The position numbers and the translations under genes are program-made. Below the pieces are notes generated by a model, which saw only the letters and a program-made list of their open reading frames with translations, did not search any database and was not told where the DNA came from. Below, piece by piece: positions 8,978-17,387 of a stretch of 18,697 nucleotides of DNA (the stretch's first letter is position 1; each line of letters begins with the position of its first letter). Origin of the DNA: an uncultured bacterium. GTDB taxonomy: Bacteria; Acidobacteriota; HRBIN11; JAKEFK01. The DNA lies in NCBI GenBank assembly GCA_963777505.1, contig CAVZQN010000009.1, positions 1-18,697 on the forward strand. Reading direction: 5' to 3'.

Positions 8978-10252
8978 TCAAGGACATAACGCAGATTTTT
9001 CAGACTGCGTTGTTGCCGATTGAATGGCCGTTGTTTGTGTATGGAATGTTGCTGGGAGCGCAGCGATCGAAAAATTACTGATCGACAATGATGCTCCCGC
9101 CACAGAAATCGGCGCAGAAGTCATGCTGCTGCATCCTCCAGTATTGCCAGAAAGCGGAAGGCTCAAGGCTACGACATCGCTTAAATCGTTCGCGCCGCTG
9201 CATCCGGCAGCAAAAATATTTCCATTTGTTTGCCGCACTGCGCCGGTGAAGTAGGAATGCGCAACATTCAGCAGACGTTTCCACTGAACTCCCCCGGAAC
9301 TGGAAATCTTCATCACCACTCCTCTAAATATCGATGGCGTTGATGGTGTAGATGAATTGCCCACCAGTACCATGCTTCCATCCGCATTTACAAAACCGTA
9401 CGGTGTAGTCAGCATATTTCCTGGAAACCCATAAGATTTTGCCCAAACCAGCCGATCCGTCGCATCGAAACGGCTGATGTTTGTTTTTTGGAGTTCTCCA
9501 TGCACCAGCGGTCCTGCGCTTCCGAGGTAGTACCCGCCATTCGGATTCTCCTTGTAAAAAATTCCGATTGATTCCCGTGTGGATCCAACGCGCGCGCTCA
9601 GCACAGCACCGCTCAAACTCAATTTGATCCATAACGGTGAAATCGGCGTGTCTCCTGTTCCAGCAGAGACCATTATTGCGGGTCCGTTTGCGGAGGTAAT
9701 GGATCCAGCATGATCGATGGAGGGAGTTCCAAGAACCTTTTTCCACAACAATGCGCCCCCCTTGGAAAGACGTGCAATCAAGAGGTCTAACGAATTAGAA
9801 GCGGTTATGCGATGTCCCAGCACTGCAATCGAGCCATCCTGCAATACAGTCACGTAGTGCAGCTGATCAATATCGGGGGTGCCAAAAACCTTTTTCCAAA
9901 GGATGTTGCCGGTGGCACCCAACTTGAACACGATCGCATCTGTATCTCCGGAGGGTAATGAAATGGTCCCCGCCACAACATATCCACCATCCGGAGTTGG
10001 GGTGACGCCTGAAGAGTCTAACGTTCCGCTGGAACTAAATCTCCTGTTGAATTTCAAAGTCAGATCGGGATTGAAGAGCAACACTCCGGCTGCATTTTGA
10101 TCAATTAAGGACGTTGCGATCCTGCCATTTGCGTCGATGGATACTCCAGTAGCGCATTGGATGCCTGGCAGAACAAACTGACTCAGCACATCTGCTGTCG
10201 CGGTAAAGGAAACCAGTGTCAGGATGCATGCAAGGAATGCGTAACGCGTCAT
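8978..10252 (-). CDS. Secreted beta-propeller-like repeat protein, paralogue 3
   Basis: Intact 424-aa ORF with the signal peptide MTRYAFLACILTLVSFTATA, WKKxFGT-type blade repeats, a C-terminal CP and a GGAGGT RBS. Confidence 0.8.
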   Translation of the reverse strand: MTRYAFLACILTLVSFTATADVLSQFVLPGIQCATGVSIDANGRIATSLIDQNAAGVLLFNPDLTLKFNRRFSSSGTLDSSGVTPTPDGGYVVAGTISLPSGDTDAIVFKLGATGNILWKKVFGTPDIDQLHYVTVLQDGSIAVLGHRITASNSLDLLIARLSKGGALLWKKVLGTPSIDHAGSITSANGPAIMVSAGTGDTPISPLWIKLSLSGAVLSARVGSTRESIGIFYKENPNGGYYLGSAGPLVHGELQKTNISRFDATDRLVWAKSYGFPGNMLTTPYGFVNADGSMVLVGNSSTPSTPSIFRGVVMKISSSGGVQWKRLLNVAHSYFTGAVRQTNGNIFAAGCSGANDLSDVVALSLPLSGNTGGCSSMTSAPISVAGASLSISNFSIAALPATFHTQTTAIQSATTQSEKSALCP

Positions 10253-10298
10253 CAGTACACCTCCATTTGAATCAAGGGAGCGTCGGCTTTCCCGCCTG

Positions 10299-10328
10299 AT
10301 TGTAGGAGTGATGCTACGCGGAAAACAA
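10299..10328 (-). promoter_or_regulatory. Candidate sigma70 promoter for the propeller array
   Basis: Minus strand TTGTTT-N18-TACAAT, about 10 bp downstream of the LytTR-type repeats. Confidence 0.45.
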
Positions 10329-10337
10329 GAATCTGTT

Positions 10338-10368
10338 CCCGAATGGTTCGCGCGGGCGCACGAACGGG
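10338..10368 (-). promoter_or_regulatory. LytTR-family binding site (direct repeat)
   Basis: Minus strand CCCGTTCGTG-N11-ACCATTCGGG with a 21-bp period. It resembles the AlgR site (ACCGTTCGTC) and the general LytTR direct-repeat geometry. Confidence 0.65.
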
Positions 10369-10383
10369 TGATAGAGCGCGCGA

Positions 10384-11103
10384 CTAAAGCGCATGTCCCA
10401 GCAAATGTTGAAGGCGCTCCTTATAACGCCGGCTCAGGATGAGCTGAGTTTCATCGTTCAGAACCACGCGATAGTCACCATGAAACAACGGCTGCAGTTT
10501 CTGAATGCGGTCAATGTTCACCGCATAGGAGCGATGAATCCGAACAAACTTCGATGGATCGAGCCGGGCAAGAAGTCCCGTGATTCCCTCACGCGACAGC
10601 AGTTGTTTCGACTTCACGTGAGTGATAGCAGAATGCCCGTTCGCTTCGATCCAATCGATATCATTCACGTTGATCAGGATGAGTTCTTCGCCGCTTCTCA
10701 TTGCAAGACGATTGGCGTAAATCGGGCTTCGTGAATCTGTTTCCAGGTGATGCAAAAGACGTTGCATCGCTTCGTCGAATCGGGGGCGGCTGAACGGCTT
10801 CAGCAGATAATCCACCGCCTGCACATCAAACGCTTGCACCGCATAGTGCTCGAATGCCGTGATGAAGATGATGTAAGGACGCTTCTCGCGAGGGATTCGT
10901 TGAAGCAGCTCAAATCCATTCAACCCTGGCATTTCCACATCCAGGAATAGGACGTCTGGATTGTCTTCCGAAATAGACCGCAAGGCTACGTTCGCATCAT
11001 CGAGGATTTCCACACGGCTCGCAATCGGATAAGACTTGAGGAACCTCTTCACTCGATTGCAGCTGAGCGGCTCGTCATCCACAATCAACACTTTGAGATT
11101 CAT
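10384..11103 (-). CDS. LytTR/AlgR-family DNA-binding response regulator
   Basis: REC domain (VLIVDDE, FLDVEMP, FITAF, DYLLKP) plus LytTR domain (IDWIEA, FVRIHRS, LSRRY). Confidence 0.95.
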   Translation of the reverse strand: MNLKVLIVDDEPLSCNRVKRFLKSYPIASRVEILDDANVALRSISEDNPDVLFLDVEMPGLNGFELLQRIPREKRPYIIFITAFEHYAVQAFDVQAVDYLLKPFSRPRFDEAMQRLLHHLETDSRSPIYANRLAMRSGEELILINVNDIDWIEANGHSAITHVKSKQLLSREGITGLLARLDPSKFVRIHRSYAVNIDRIQKLQPLFHGDYRVVLNDETQLILSRRYKERLQHLLGHAL

Positions 11104-11114
11104 ACCACAATCAT

Positions 11115-11234
11115 ATTTGAGATTTCAGATGTAAGATTGCAGATTGTAATTGAAGCATTTTAGATTGATAGACGCTCTATCAATCTTCCAATCGTAACAT
11201 TTCAATCTGAAATCAGTAATCTGATATCTAAAAT
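11115..11234. repeat. ~120-bp imperfect palindrome built from 7-mer repeats
   Basis: The left arm has GATTTCA/GATGTAA/GATTGCA units and the right arm the complementary TCTGAAA/TCAGTAA/TCTGATA units. Perfect core AGATTGATAGA-cgc-TCTATCAATCT at 11162-11186. Confidence 0.8.
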
Positions 11235-11238
11235 GGAA

Positions 11239-11261
11239 TGGCGGAGAGGGTGGGATTCGAA
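11239..11261 (-). mobile_element. tRNA-Ser 3'-end fragment, att site (island boundary)
   Basis: The minus strand reads TTCGAATCCCACCCTCTCCGCCA: T-loop, 3' T-stem, Ser-type acceptor strand, G73 discriminator and CCA. There is no anticodon or D arm upstream, so it is not an intact tRNA. Confidence 0.85.
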
Positions 11262-11385
11262 AACACAAAAAGCCGCTAAACCCTCACAACCGCAAGAGAT
11301 AGTATACAAAAGACTTATTTATTTCGGTTCAATTTCTTTCTGTTTCTTTTTGTATGTTTTCAGCCCGGTTTGCGGAACTTCTTCA

Positions 11386-11405
11386 TGGCACAAATCTGGC
11401 ACAAA
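11386..11405. repeat. Tandem TGGCACAAA repeat, candidate tyrosine-integrase arm-type sites
   Basis: TGGCACAAA at 11386 and 11397 (11-bp period), ~125 bp inside the att fragment, beyond an AT-rich tract. Confidence 0.6.
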
Positions 11406-11787
11406 AGTCTTTTGAGAAACGATAAAAAAGAAACAGATGTGACTTCTACACGGTCAAAGTTTTCGGAAACTTGCGGCGGAACGTGCGCATAACTCTTATG
11501 TGCGAGATTTCTGCTTTCAGGAATTTGATCGTTACCCGGTTACTTTCGCGCTGAAGCGATCGCGGCAATTCAAAACAAAGTCGGAGCCTTTCTTGAACAA
11601 TTAAAAGCTAAACCGTAGTAAAACGTCGATCTCTGTTTTTTGTCTTGTTCGTTCGCACCACAAGACCCTTTGAAATTTGTTGTTACATTGATTCAAAGAA
11701 CCCATTGAACACTCCTGATTAATTCTTCATATATTTAGATAGACAAGATATTGTTCCCCATTCACATAACAGATTGGAAGGGAAATA

Positions 11788-13054
11788 TTGGAGAAATCGG
11801 CAGGAAAAGAAACTCCACTGGTAAAAATTTTTGGCAGAGTTGGCTCATCGGTTGGTTATGCTATTCGTGATTTCCTTCATCGTAGTGATATTCCTTTCGA
11901 ATGGGTTCAACTGACCAGCGATGATCAAGCGCGAAAGGACGTGGGAGTTGATCATCTGCATGATTTCGCGGCTACCTGTTTGCGTTTTTCCGGATGGTAC
12001 TCGAATGGAGTGCCCAACGATTCAACAGATTACTCAAAAGCTTGGCTGGTTCAACACACCATCACGCAACGAATATGACCTTGCTATATATGGTGCAGGA
12101 CCCGCTGGTTTAAGTGCTGCTGTTTATGGTTCTTCTGATGGACTTAAAACAGTTTTGGTCGAACGATGGGCCGTAGGAGGACAAGCTGCGAGCAGCGCGA
12201 GCATCGAAAATTATCTGGGATTTCCTGGAGGAATCAGTGGAGCGGAATTGGCAGAAAGAGCACGCAACCAAGCTTGCCATTTTGGAACAGAAATCCTTTT
12301 AGGCCGTGAAGGAGTTCGCGCCGAATTCTTGCCTGGAAAAGGTGTGGGTCATCTAGCGGATGGCACGAAGATTGTTGCGCGTGCATCTATTTGTGCAACG
12401 GGCATGGAATACCGTCGTCTTGGTTTGCCGAATGAGGACCGGTTTCTTGGCGCGGGTTTGTATTATGGCGCAGGTGCCAGTGAAGCAGTTCTAACCAAAA
12501 ACCAACGTGTGTTTATTGTTGGTGGTGGCAATTCTGCCGGTCAAGCTGCAATGCACTTTTCCGCTTTTGCGAGTCAGGTAACATTGGTAGTTCGCGCCGA
12601 ATCTTTGAAAAGTACATTATCCCATTATCTTGTGGAGCGTATCTACGCTGCTTCCAATGTGGAAGTGCTGACGCGACATGAAGTAGTCGCATTGGAGGGT
12701 GATCAAATCTTGCAAGTGATTACTCTTCGTAACCTTGAGACTCGTCAGGAACGTAAGGCCAAAACTCAATGGTTGTTTGTATGTATTGGGGGAGTGCCGC
12801 AAACCCAATGGGCTACAGAGGTAGGCATTGTTCGTGATGAGAGTGGATACATTGTTACCGGGCCTGATCTGATTCTTGAAGGACGACTGCGAGAGAATTG
12901 GCCTTTGGACCGTAGTCCATATTATCTGGAAACAAACATACCGGGTGTGTTTGCTGCCGGCGATGTCCGCCATGGGTCAGTAAAACGCTTTGCCGCTGCA
13001 GTGGGCGAGGGTGCAATGGCAGTGGCCTTCGTAAATCGATATCTTGGGAACTAG
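11788..13054 (+). CDS. Thioredoxin reductase-like (TrxB-family) FAD/NAD(P)H oxidoreductase with an N-terminal glutaredoxin-like domain; one +1 frameshift near 11965
   Basis: GAGPAGLSAA, IENYLGFP, VGGGNSAG and TNIPGVFAAGDV motifs. ORF 11788 (..IRDFLHRSDIPFEWV..) joins ORF 11921 on removal of one T (HLHD-SRLPVCVFPDG). Confidence 0.85.
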
Positions 13055-13323
13055 AATTTGATATCAAGAAAATCAATATTCAACAATGCCAAATCCGATA
13101 AGAGGCATATTATTTACGATATCTGACGCTTCACTGAACTCCGAAGTTCTCTTCAGATTTAGAAAGTTCCGCCCTTTTTGAGTCAGGGGCGAAACGAAAC
13201 TGGTAGAAATCTTCGCTTCGGAGGCCAACCACCTTCGGGCCAAATATTGCTACTTCATTCGTATCTCCGTTTGATGGAAACGAACGAAGTAAACCGACTT
13301 AACATAACAGGAAAGGAATTCAT

Positions 13324-13809
13324 ATGGCAAGACGCTGGATTCCAACAGACTGGTCGGCACTTACATTTTATCAACGCATTGAAAGCTTAATCGCGTTGTT
13401 GCTAACTTTCATTACTACACTTGTCATTCTTGTTGCTTTGTACCGTTTGATTTTGGAAGTTGTCGGAGGGCTCGTTTTCGGCGCTTTAAATCCACTGGAG
13501 CACTCCAATTTCCAAACTGTGTTTGGTGAAATCATGACAGTACTGATTGCGTTAGAGTTTAACCACACTCTTCGATATGTTGTAACTCGCGAGCAAAGCG
13601 TTATTCAAACGAAAGTTGTCTTGCTAATCGCTCTCCTGGCATTGGCTCGCAAATTTATCATCTTGGATCTAAAAGAGATGACCTCTAACGAACTATTTGG
13701 ATTGGCGGCTGTTACATTGGCGCTTGGAATCACTTGTTGGTTATTGCCGGGGTCTGAAAATCATTCTCCTTTTATTAAGGAGACAAAATCCAAAGCAGGT
13801 GAAGGATAA
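13324..13809 (+). CDS. psiE: Phosphate-starvation-inducible PsiE-family membrane protein (PsiE-GI-like)
   Basis: Four hydrophobic helices with NPLEH..FQTVFGEIMTVLIALEF.H and IALLALARKFIILD motifs. Confidence 0.85.
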   Translation: MARRWIPTDWSALTFYQRIESLIALLLTFITTLVILVALYRLILEVVGGLVFGALNPLEHSNFQTVFGEIMTVLIALEFNHTLRYVVTREQSVIQTKVVLLIALLALARKFIILDLKEMTSNELFGLAAVTLALGITCWLLPGSENHSPFIKETKSKAGEG

Positions 13810-13849
13810 AGTGAATACCAAGCCTAATCTTGAAAAAATGAGGTGAAAC

Positions 13850-16600
13850 ATGGCTGAAAACCTATGTGATATTTGCAATAAACGACCTGCCGTTGCTACG
13901 GTGAGAGTAAGACGAAACGGCCGGGAAGAAAGGCTGAATGTCTGCCAATACGATTTGCAGCGACTTGAAAGTCAGCAAGAATTTTCCTCCCCATTTTCTT
14001 CATTCTTTAGCGGTGAAGATCCATTCGAGAGGTTCTTCGGCAAAGACTTTCCATCGTTTTCTTCCGACATGGGATATCCGATCCCTCGTCACCGTGAAGC
14101 GGTGGATATCAGTCAATACTTTTCCGATCAAACGAAAGAGTTGATTCAACAGTCAGGCGAGAAGGCCGTTGAATTAAGGCGTAATGAAGTTGATACGGAG
14201 CATCTCTTATTTGCTCTTGCTGATAGCGATGTCGTTCAGGAAATTTTCAAGCAATTCAAGATTAAGCCTCAAGATGTGAAGGAATACATTGATGCTAACG
14301 CACCTAAAGGACCAGAAGACAAGAAAGAAAAAGCCGGTCAGATTGAGCTTAGTATTTCTCCACGCCTTAAGAACGTTTTTGAATTTGCATTCGGCGCATC
14401 CCGTGAACTTGGCCACGGTTATGTTGGTCCTGAACATTTGTTAATCGGATTAACGCAAGAAGAAGGATTGGCCGGAGAGTTGCTTCGAAAATATGGGTTA
14501 ACGCCTGAGAGCCTACGCCAACAAACCGTAAAAGTCGTAGGCCGTGGCGCTGAAGAAGGCAGAGTAGATTCAAAATCGACTACTCCACTACTCGATAAAT
14601 ATTCACGTGATCTCACCAAGCTCGCAAAAGAAAGCAAACTCGATCCCGTGATCGGTAGATACGATGAAATAGAAACCACGATCGAAATCCTTTCGAGACG
14701 GACAAAGAATAATCCCGTACTGATCGGTGAGCCCGGCGTTGGTAAAACGGCAATCGTGGAAGGTCTGGCACAGAGAATTATTAATGAAGACGTGCCAGAG
14801 GTTTTGCTAAATAAGCGCGTCGTGGAATTGAACACAAATTCAATGATAGCCGGTACCAAATATCGAGGTGAGTTTGAAGAGCGGATTAAAAATGTACTGG
14901 ATGAAGTTACTCAACACAAAGAGGAATTGATTCTTTTTGTTGATGAAGTGCACACCATTGTCGGCGCAGGAAGTTCAGAAGGCGGTCTCGATGTTGCGAA
15001 TGTAATGAAGCCTCATCTGGCGCGCGGCGATCTGCATTTGATTGGTGCAACAACTCTCAATGAGTACCAGAAACACATAGAAAAGGATTCCGCATTAGAA
15101 AGGCGATTCCAACCTGTGTTTGTTCCGGAACCCACTGTCGAACAAACGATTGAAATACTTCGAGGCTTGCGTGATAAGTACGAAGCACATCACAAAGTGA
15201 AGATTACAGACGAAGCGATTGTTTCTGCGGCTAGTCTTTCCGATCGATATATTGCAAATCGGTTCCTGCCCGATAAAGCAATTGATTTGATCGATCAAGC
15301 AGCTTCACGCGTAAGAATTTTATCAACGCGAGTCCCGCGCGAGATTCGTGTAACCGACGAAAAAATTGGAAAGCTCAAACGCGAACAGGAATTTGCATCA
15401 TCACGAAAACAATTTGATAAAGCAAAAGAACTGGATAAGGAGATTAACTCATTAACAAAAGAACGCGAACAACTTCAAGAAAAAATGAAATTGCAAATTG
15501 GTGTGACTACTCCTGAGGTGAAAAAGGAACACATTGCAGAAATCCTTTCCAAACTCACAGGCATACCAGTAGCCGAGCTGACGGAAGAAGAAAAACAAAA
15601 ACTTCTAAAAATGGAAGAAAGGCTTCACGAACGAGTCGTTGGACAGGAACAAGCAATTGCATCGATTTCTGACGCAATTCGTAGATCTCGTGCCGGCCTT
15701 ACGGAAAGGAATCGGCCGATAGCGAGCTTTATGTTTCTTGGTCCAACAGGAGTTGGAAAAACAGAACTGGCAAAGTCGATTGCCTGGTTTGTATTTGGAG
15801 ATGAGGATGCGCTGGTACGCATTGATATGTCGGAATACATGGAACGGCATAGCGTTTCCAGACTTATCGGAGCGCCGCCTGGATATGTTGGTTATGAAGA
15901 GGCCGGACAACTGACTGAAGCGGTGCGTCGCCGTCCCTACCGCGTCATACTGCTGGACGAAATCGAAAAAGCACACCCGGACGTCTATAACGTTCTTCTG
16001 CAACTATTCGATGATGGCAGATTAACAGATGGAAAGGGAAGAGTTGTGAATTTTACCAACACTATCATTATCGCAACCAGCAATATCGGTTCCGATATCA
16101 TTCAGGAGAATCTACGCAGAACGGAGATGAATCGGAAGAGCTATCAGGACCTGAAGAACGAATTAATGAGGGTCTTGAGATCTCATTTCAGGCCCGAGTT
16201 CTTGAATCGAATCGACGAGATCATTGTGTTCCATGCATTGTCTCAAGCGCAAGTGAAAGACATCACGAAATTGCAGTTGGAAAGAGTAAAGCGAACTGCG
16301 AGAGGTCAGGGAGTGGAACTGATATTTGACGATTCCCTGATCGATTACCTGAGTGATGTTGGCTATCTTCCTGAATTTGGAGCGCGTGAGTTGCGGCGTC
16401 GAATTCAAACCGACGTCGAAACTGTTCTTGCAAGAGCGATGTTGAAAGAAGATATCAAGGAGGGTGATCACGTCAAATTAAGTTATCGCGATGGAGAAGT
16501 AAAAATAGAAAAATTAACAGATCGCGAGAAAAAGCCGAAGAATGAACGTGAAGAATTTGCAACTCGCGGAAGTGACCTAGGAAGAGCGAAAGATCGATAG
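13850..16600 (+). CDS. clpG: ClpG/ClpK-type AAA+ disaggregase (Hsp100, class I Clp ATPase)
   Basis: Two Walker A motifs ([16 protein letters not shown]), a Clp N domain and an extra N1 segment with CDIC..C. The short M domain [15 protein letters not shown] recalls ClpG. No IGF/LGF ClpP-docking loop follows TSNIGS. Confidence 0.85.
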   Translation: MAENLCDICNKRPAVATVRVRRNGREERLNVCQYDLQRLESQQEFSSPFSSFFSGEDPFERFFGKDFPSFSSDMGYPIPRHREAVDISQYFSDQTKELIQQSGEKAVELRRNEVDTEHLLFALADSDVVQEIFKQFKIKPQDVKEYIDANAPKGPEDKKEKAGQIELSISPRLKNVFEFAFGASRELGHGYVGPEHLLIGLTQEEGLAGELLRKYGLTPESLRQQTVKVVGRGAEEGRVDSKSTTPLLDKYSRDLTKLAKESKLDPVIGRYDEIETTIEILSRRTKNNPVLIGEPGVGKTAIVEGLAQRIINEDVPEVLLNKRVVELNTNSMIAGTKYRGEFEERIKNVLDEVTQHKEELILFVDEVHTIVGAGSSEGGLDVANVMKPHLARGDLHLIGATTLNEYQKHIEKDSALERRFQPVFVPEPTVEQTIEILRGLRDKYEAHHKVKITDEAIVSAASLSDRYIANRFLPDKAIDLIDQAASRVRILSTRVPREIRVTDEKIGKLKREQEFASSRKQFDKAKELDKEINSLTKEREQLQEKMKLQIGVTTPEVKKEHIAEILSKLTGIPVAELTEEEKQKLLKMEERLHERVVGQEQAIASISDAIRRSRAGLTERNRPIASFMFLGPTGVGKTELAKSIAWFVFGDEDALVRIDMSEYMERHSVSRLIGAPPGYVGYEEAGQLTEAVRRRPYRVILLDEIEKAHPDVYNVLLQLFDDGRLTDGKGRVVNFTNTIIIATSNIGSDIIQENLRRTEMNRKSYQDLKNELMRVLRSHFRPEFLNRIDEIIVFHALSQAQVKDITKLQLERVKRTARGQGVELIFDDSLIDYLSDVGYLPEFGARELRRRIQTDVETVLARAMLKEDIKEGDHVKLSYRDGEVKIEKLTDREKKPKNEREEFATRGSDLGRAKDR

Positions 16601-16634
16601 TTCCTCACTGCAGTAAAAGTGTGATGAGGTAAAC

Positions 16635-17387
16635 ATGATTCCGATCCGCGATACGATACCGAGCCGTAATCCTTCGATAATGATGGTTGCGCTGATCATG
16701 GTGAACAGTGTCATCTTTGCTCTGGAATTAATGCTGCCTGAACACCAACTGGATGCACTCATTCATATGTTCGGGCTCATTCCGGCTCGGTACACGCATC
16801 CTGAATGGGCGATGATGCTCGGTTTCCCGGTTGATGATTACTGGCCATTTTTTACCAGTATGTTTTTGCACGGCGGTTGGCTCCATATCATCGGAAACAT
16901 GTGGACCCTCTGGATTTTCGGAGACAACGTGGAGGACCGGATGGGGCCTTTGCGCTTTTTGATTTTTTACCTGCTGTGTGGACTTGCGGGTGGAATTGCT
17001 CATTGGTTCACCAATGCCAATTCCGCCATTCCTACGATCGGAGCATCGGGTGCAATCGCAGGCGTTTTGGGAGCTTATTTCGTTTTATTTCCCAAGGCCC
17101 GCATTATTGCGATGATACCGATCCTGTTTTTTCCATTTTTCTTTGAAATTTCCGCTTTCGTTTATCTTGGCATTTGGATGGTAACTCAGATCTTTAGCGG
17201 GACTATAGCATTGACGCAGCAAGAAGCGGCAGGCGGAATTGCATTTTGGGGTCATATTGGCGGCTTTATGGCGGGACTTCTCTTGCATCCTTTATTTATA
17301 AGACGCGAAAGAAGTATGCGGCCAGATGAATGGGAATTGGAAGGAGCCTGGCATCCTTTTAAGAAACGTGAACGATGGAGTTGGTAA
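16635..17387 (+). CDS. Rhomboid-family intramembrane serine protease
   Basis: MIPIRD start, SMFLHGGWLHIIGNM, GDNVEDRMG, catalytic GASG and GHIGG motifs. Confidence 0.95.
   Translation: MIPIRDTIPSRNPSIMMVALIMVNSVIFALELMLPEHQLDALIHMFGLIPARYTHPEWAMMLGFPVDDYWPFFTSMFLHGGWLHIIGNMWTLWIFGDNVEDRMGPLRFLIFYLLCGLAGGIAHWFTNANSAIPTIGASGAIAGVLGAYFVLFPKARIIAMIPILFFPFFFEISAFVYLGIWMVTQIFSGTIALTQQEAAGGIAFWGHIGGFMAGLLLHPLFIRRERSMRPDEWELEGAWHPFKKRERWSW

Noticed and set aside
6276-9025. Diversity-generating retroelement TR/VR pair among the 3' repeats of the propeller genes
   Set aside because: There are few mismatches, they are not adenine-specific on either strand, and there is no reverse transcriptase in the window.
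6276-9025. CRISPR array or integron attC cassette array
   Set aside because: The repeats are ~70-bp coding gene ends spaced ~1.3 kb apart. They are not palindromic, lack RYYYAAC/GTTRRRY ends, and there are no cas or intI genes.
11239-11330. Complete tRNA-Ser gene
   Set aside because: Only the last 23 nt match. The 5' T-stem is mismatched and no anticodon arm, D arm or 5' acceptor strand can be formed.
11700-11765. Sigma32 promoter for the island (CCCCAT at 11756)
   Set aside because: No CTTGAA-like -35 element at the proper spacing.
13160-13200. Hammerhead ribozyme (GAGTC..GCGAAAC)
   Set aside because: The CUGANGA core and a paired stem II are absent.
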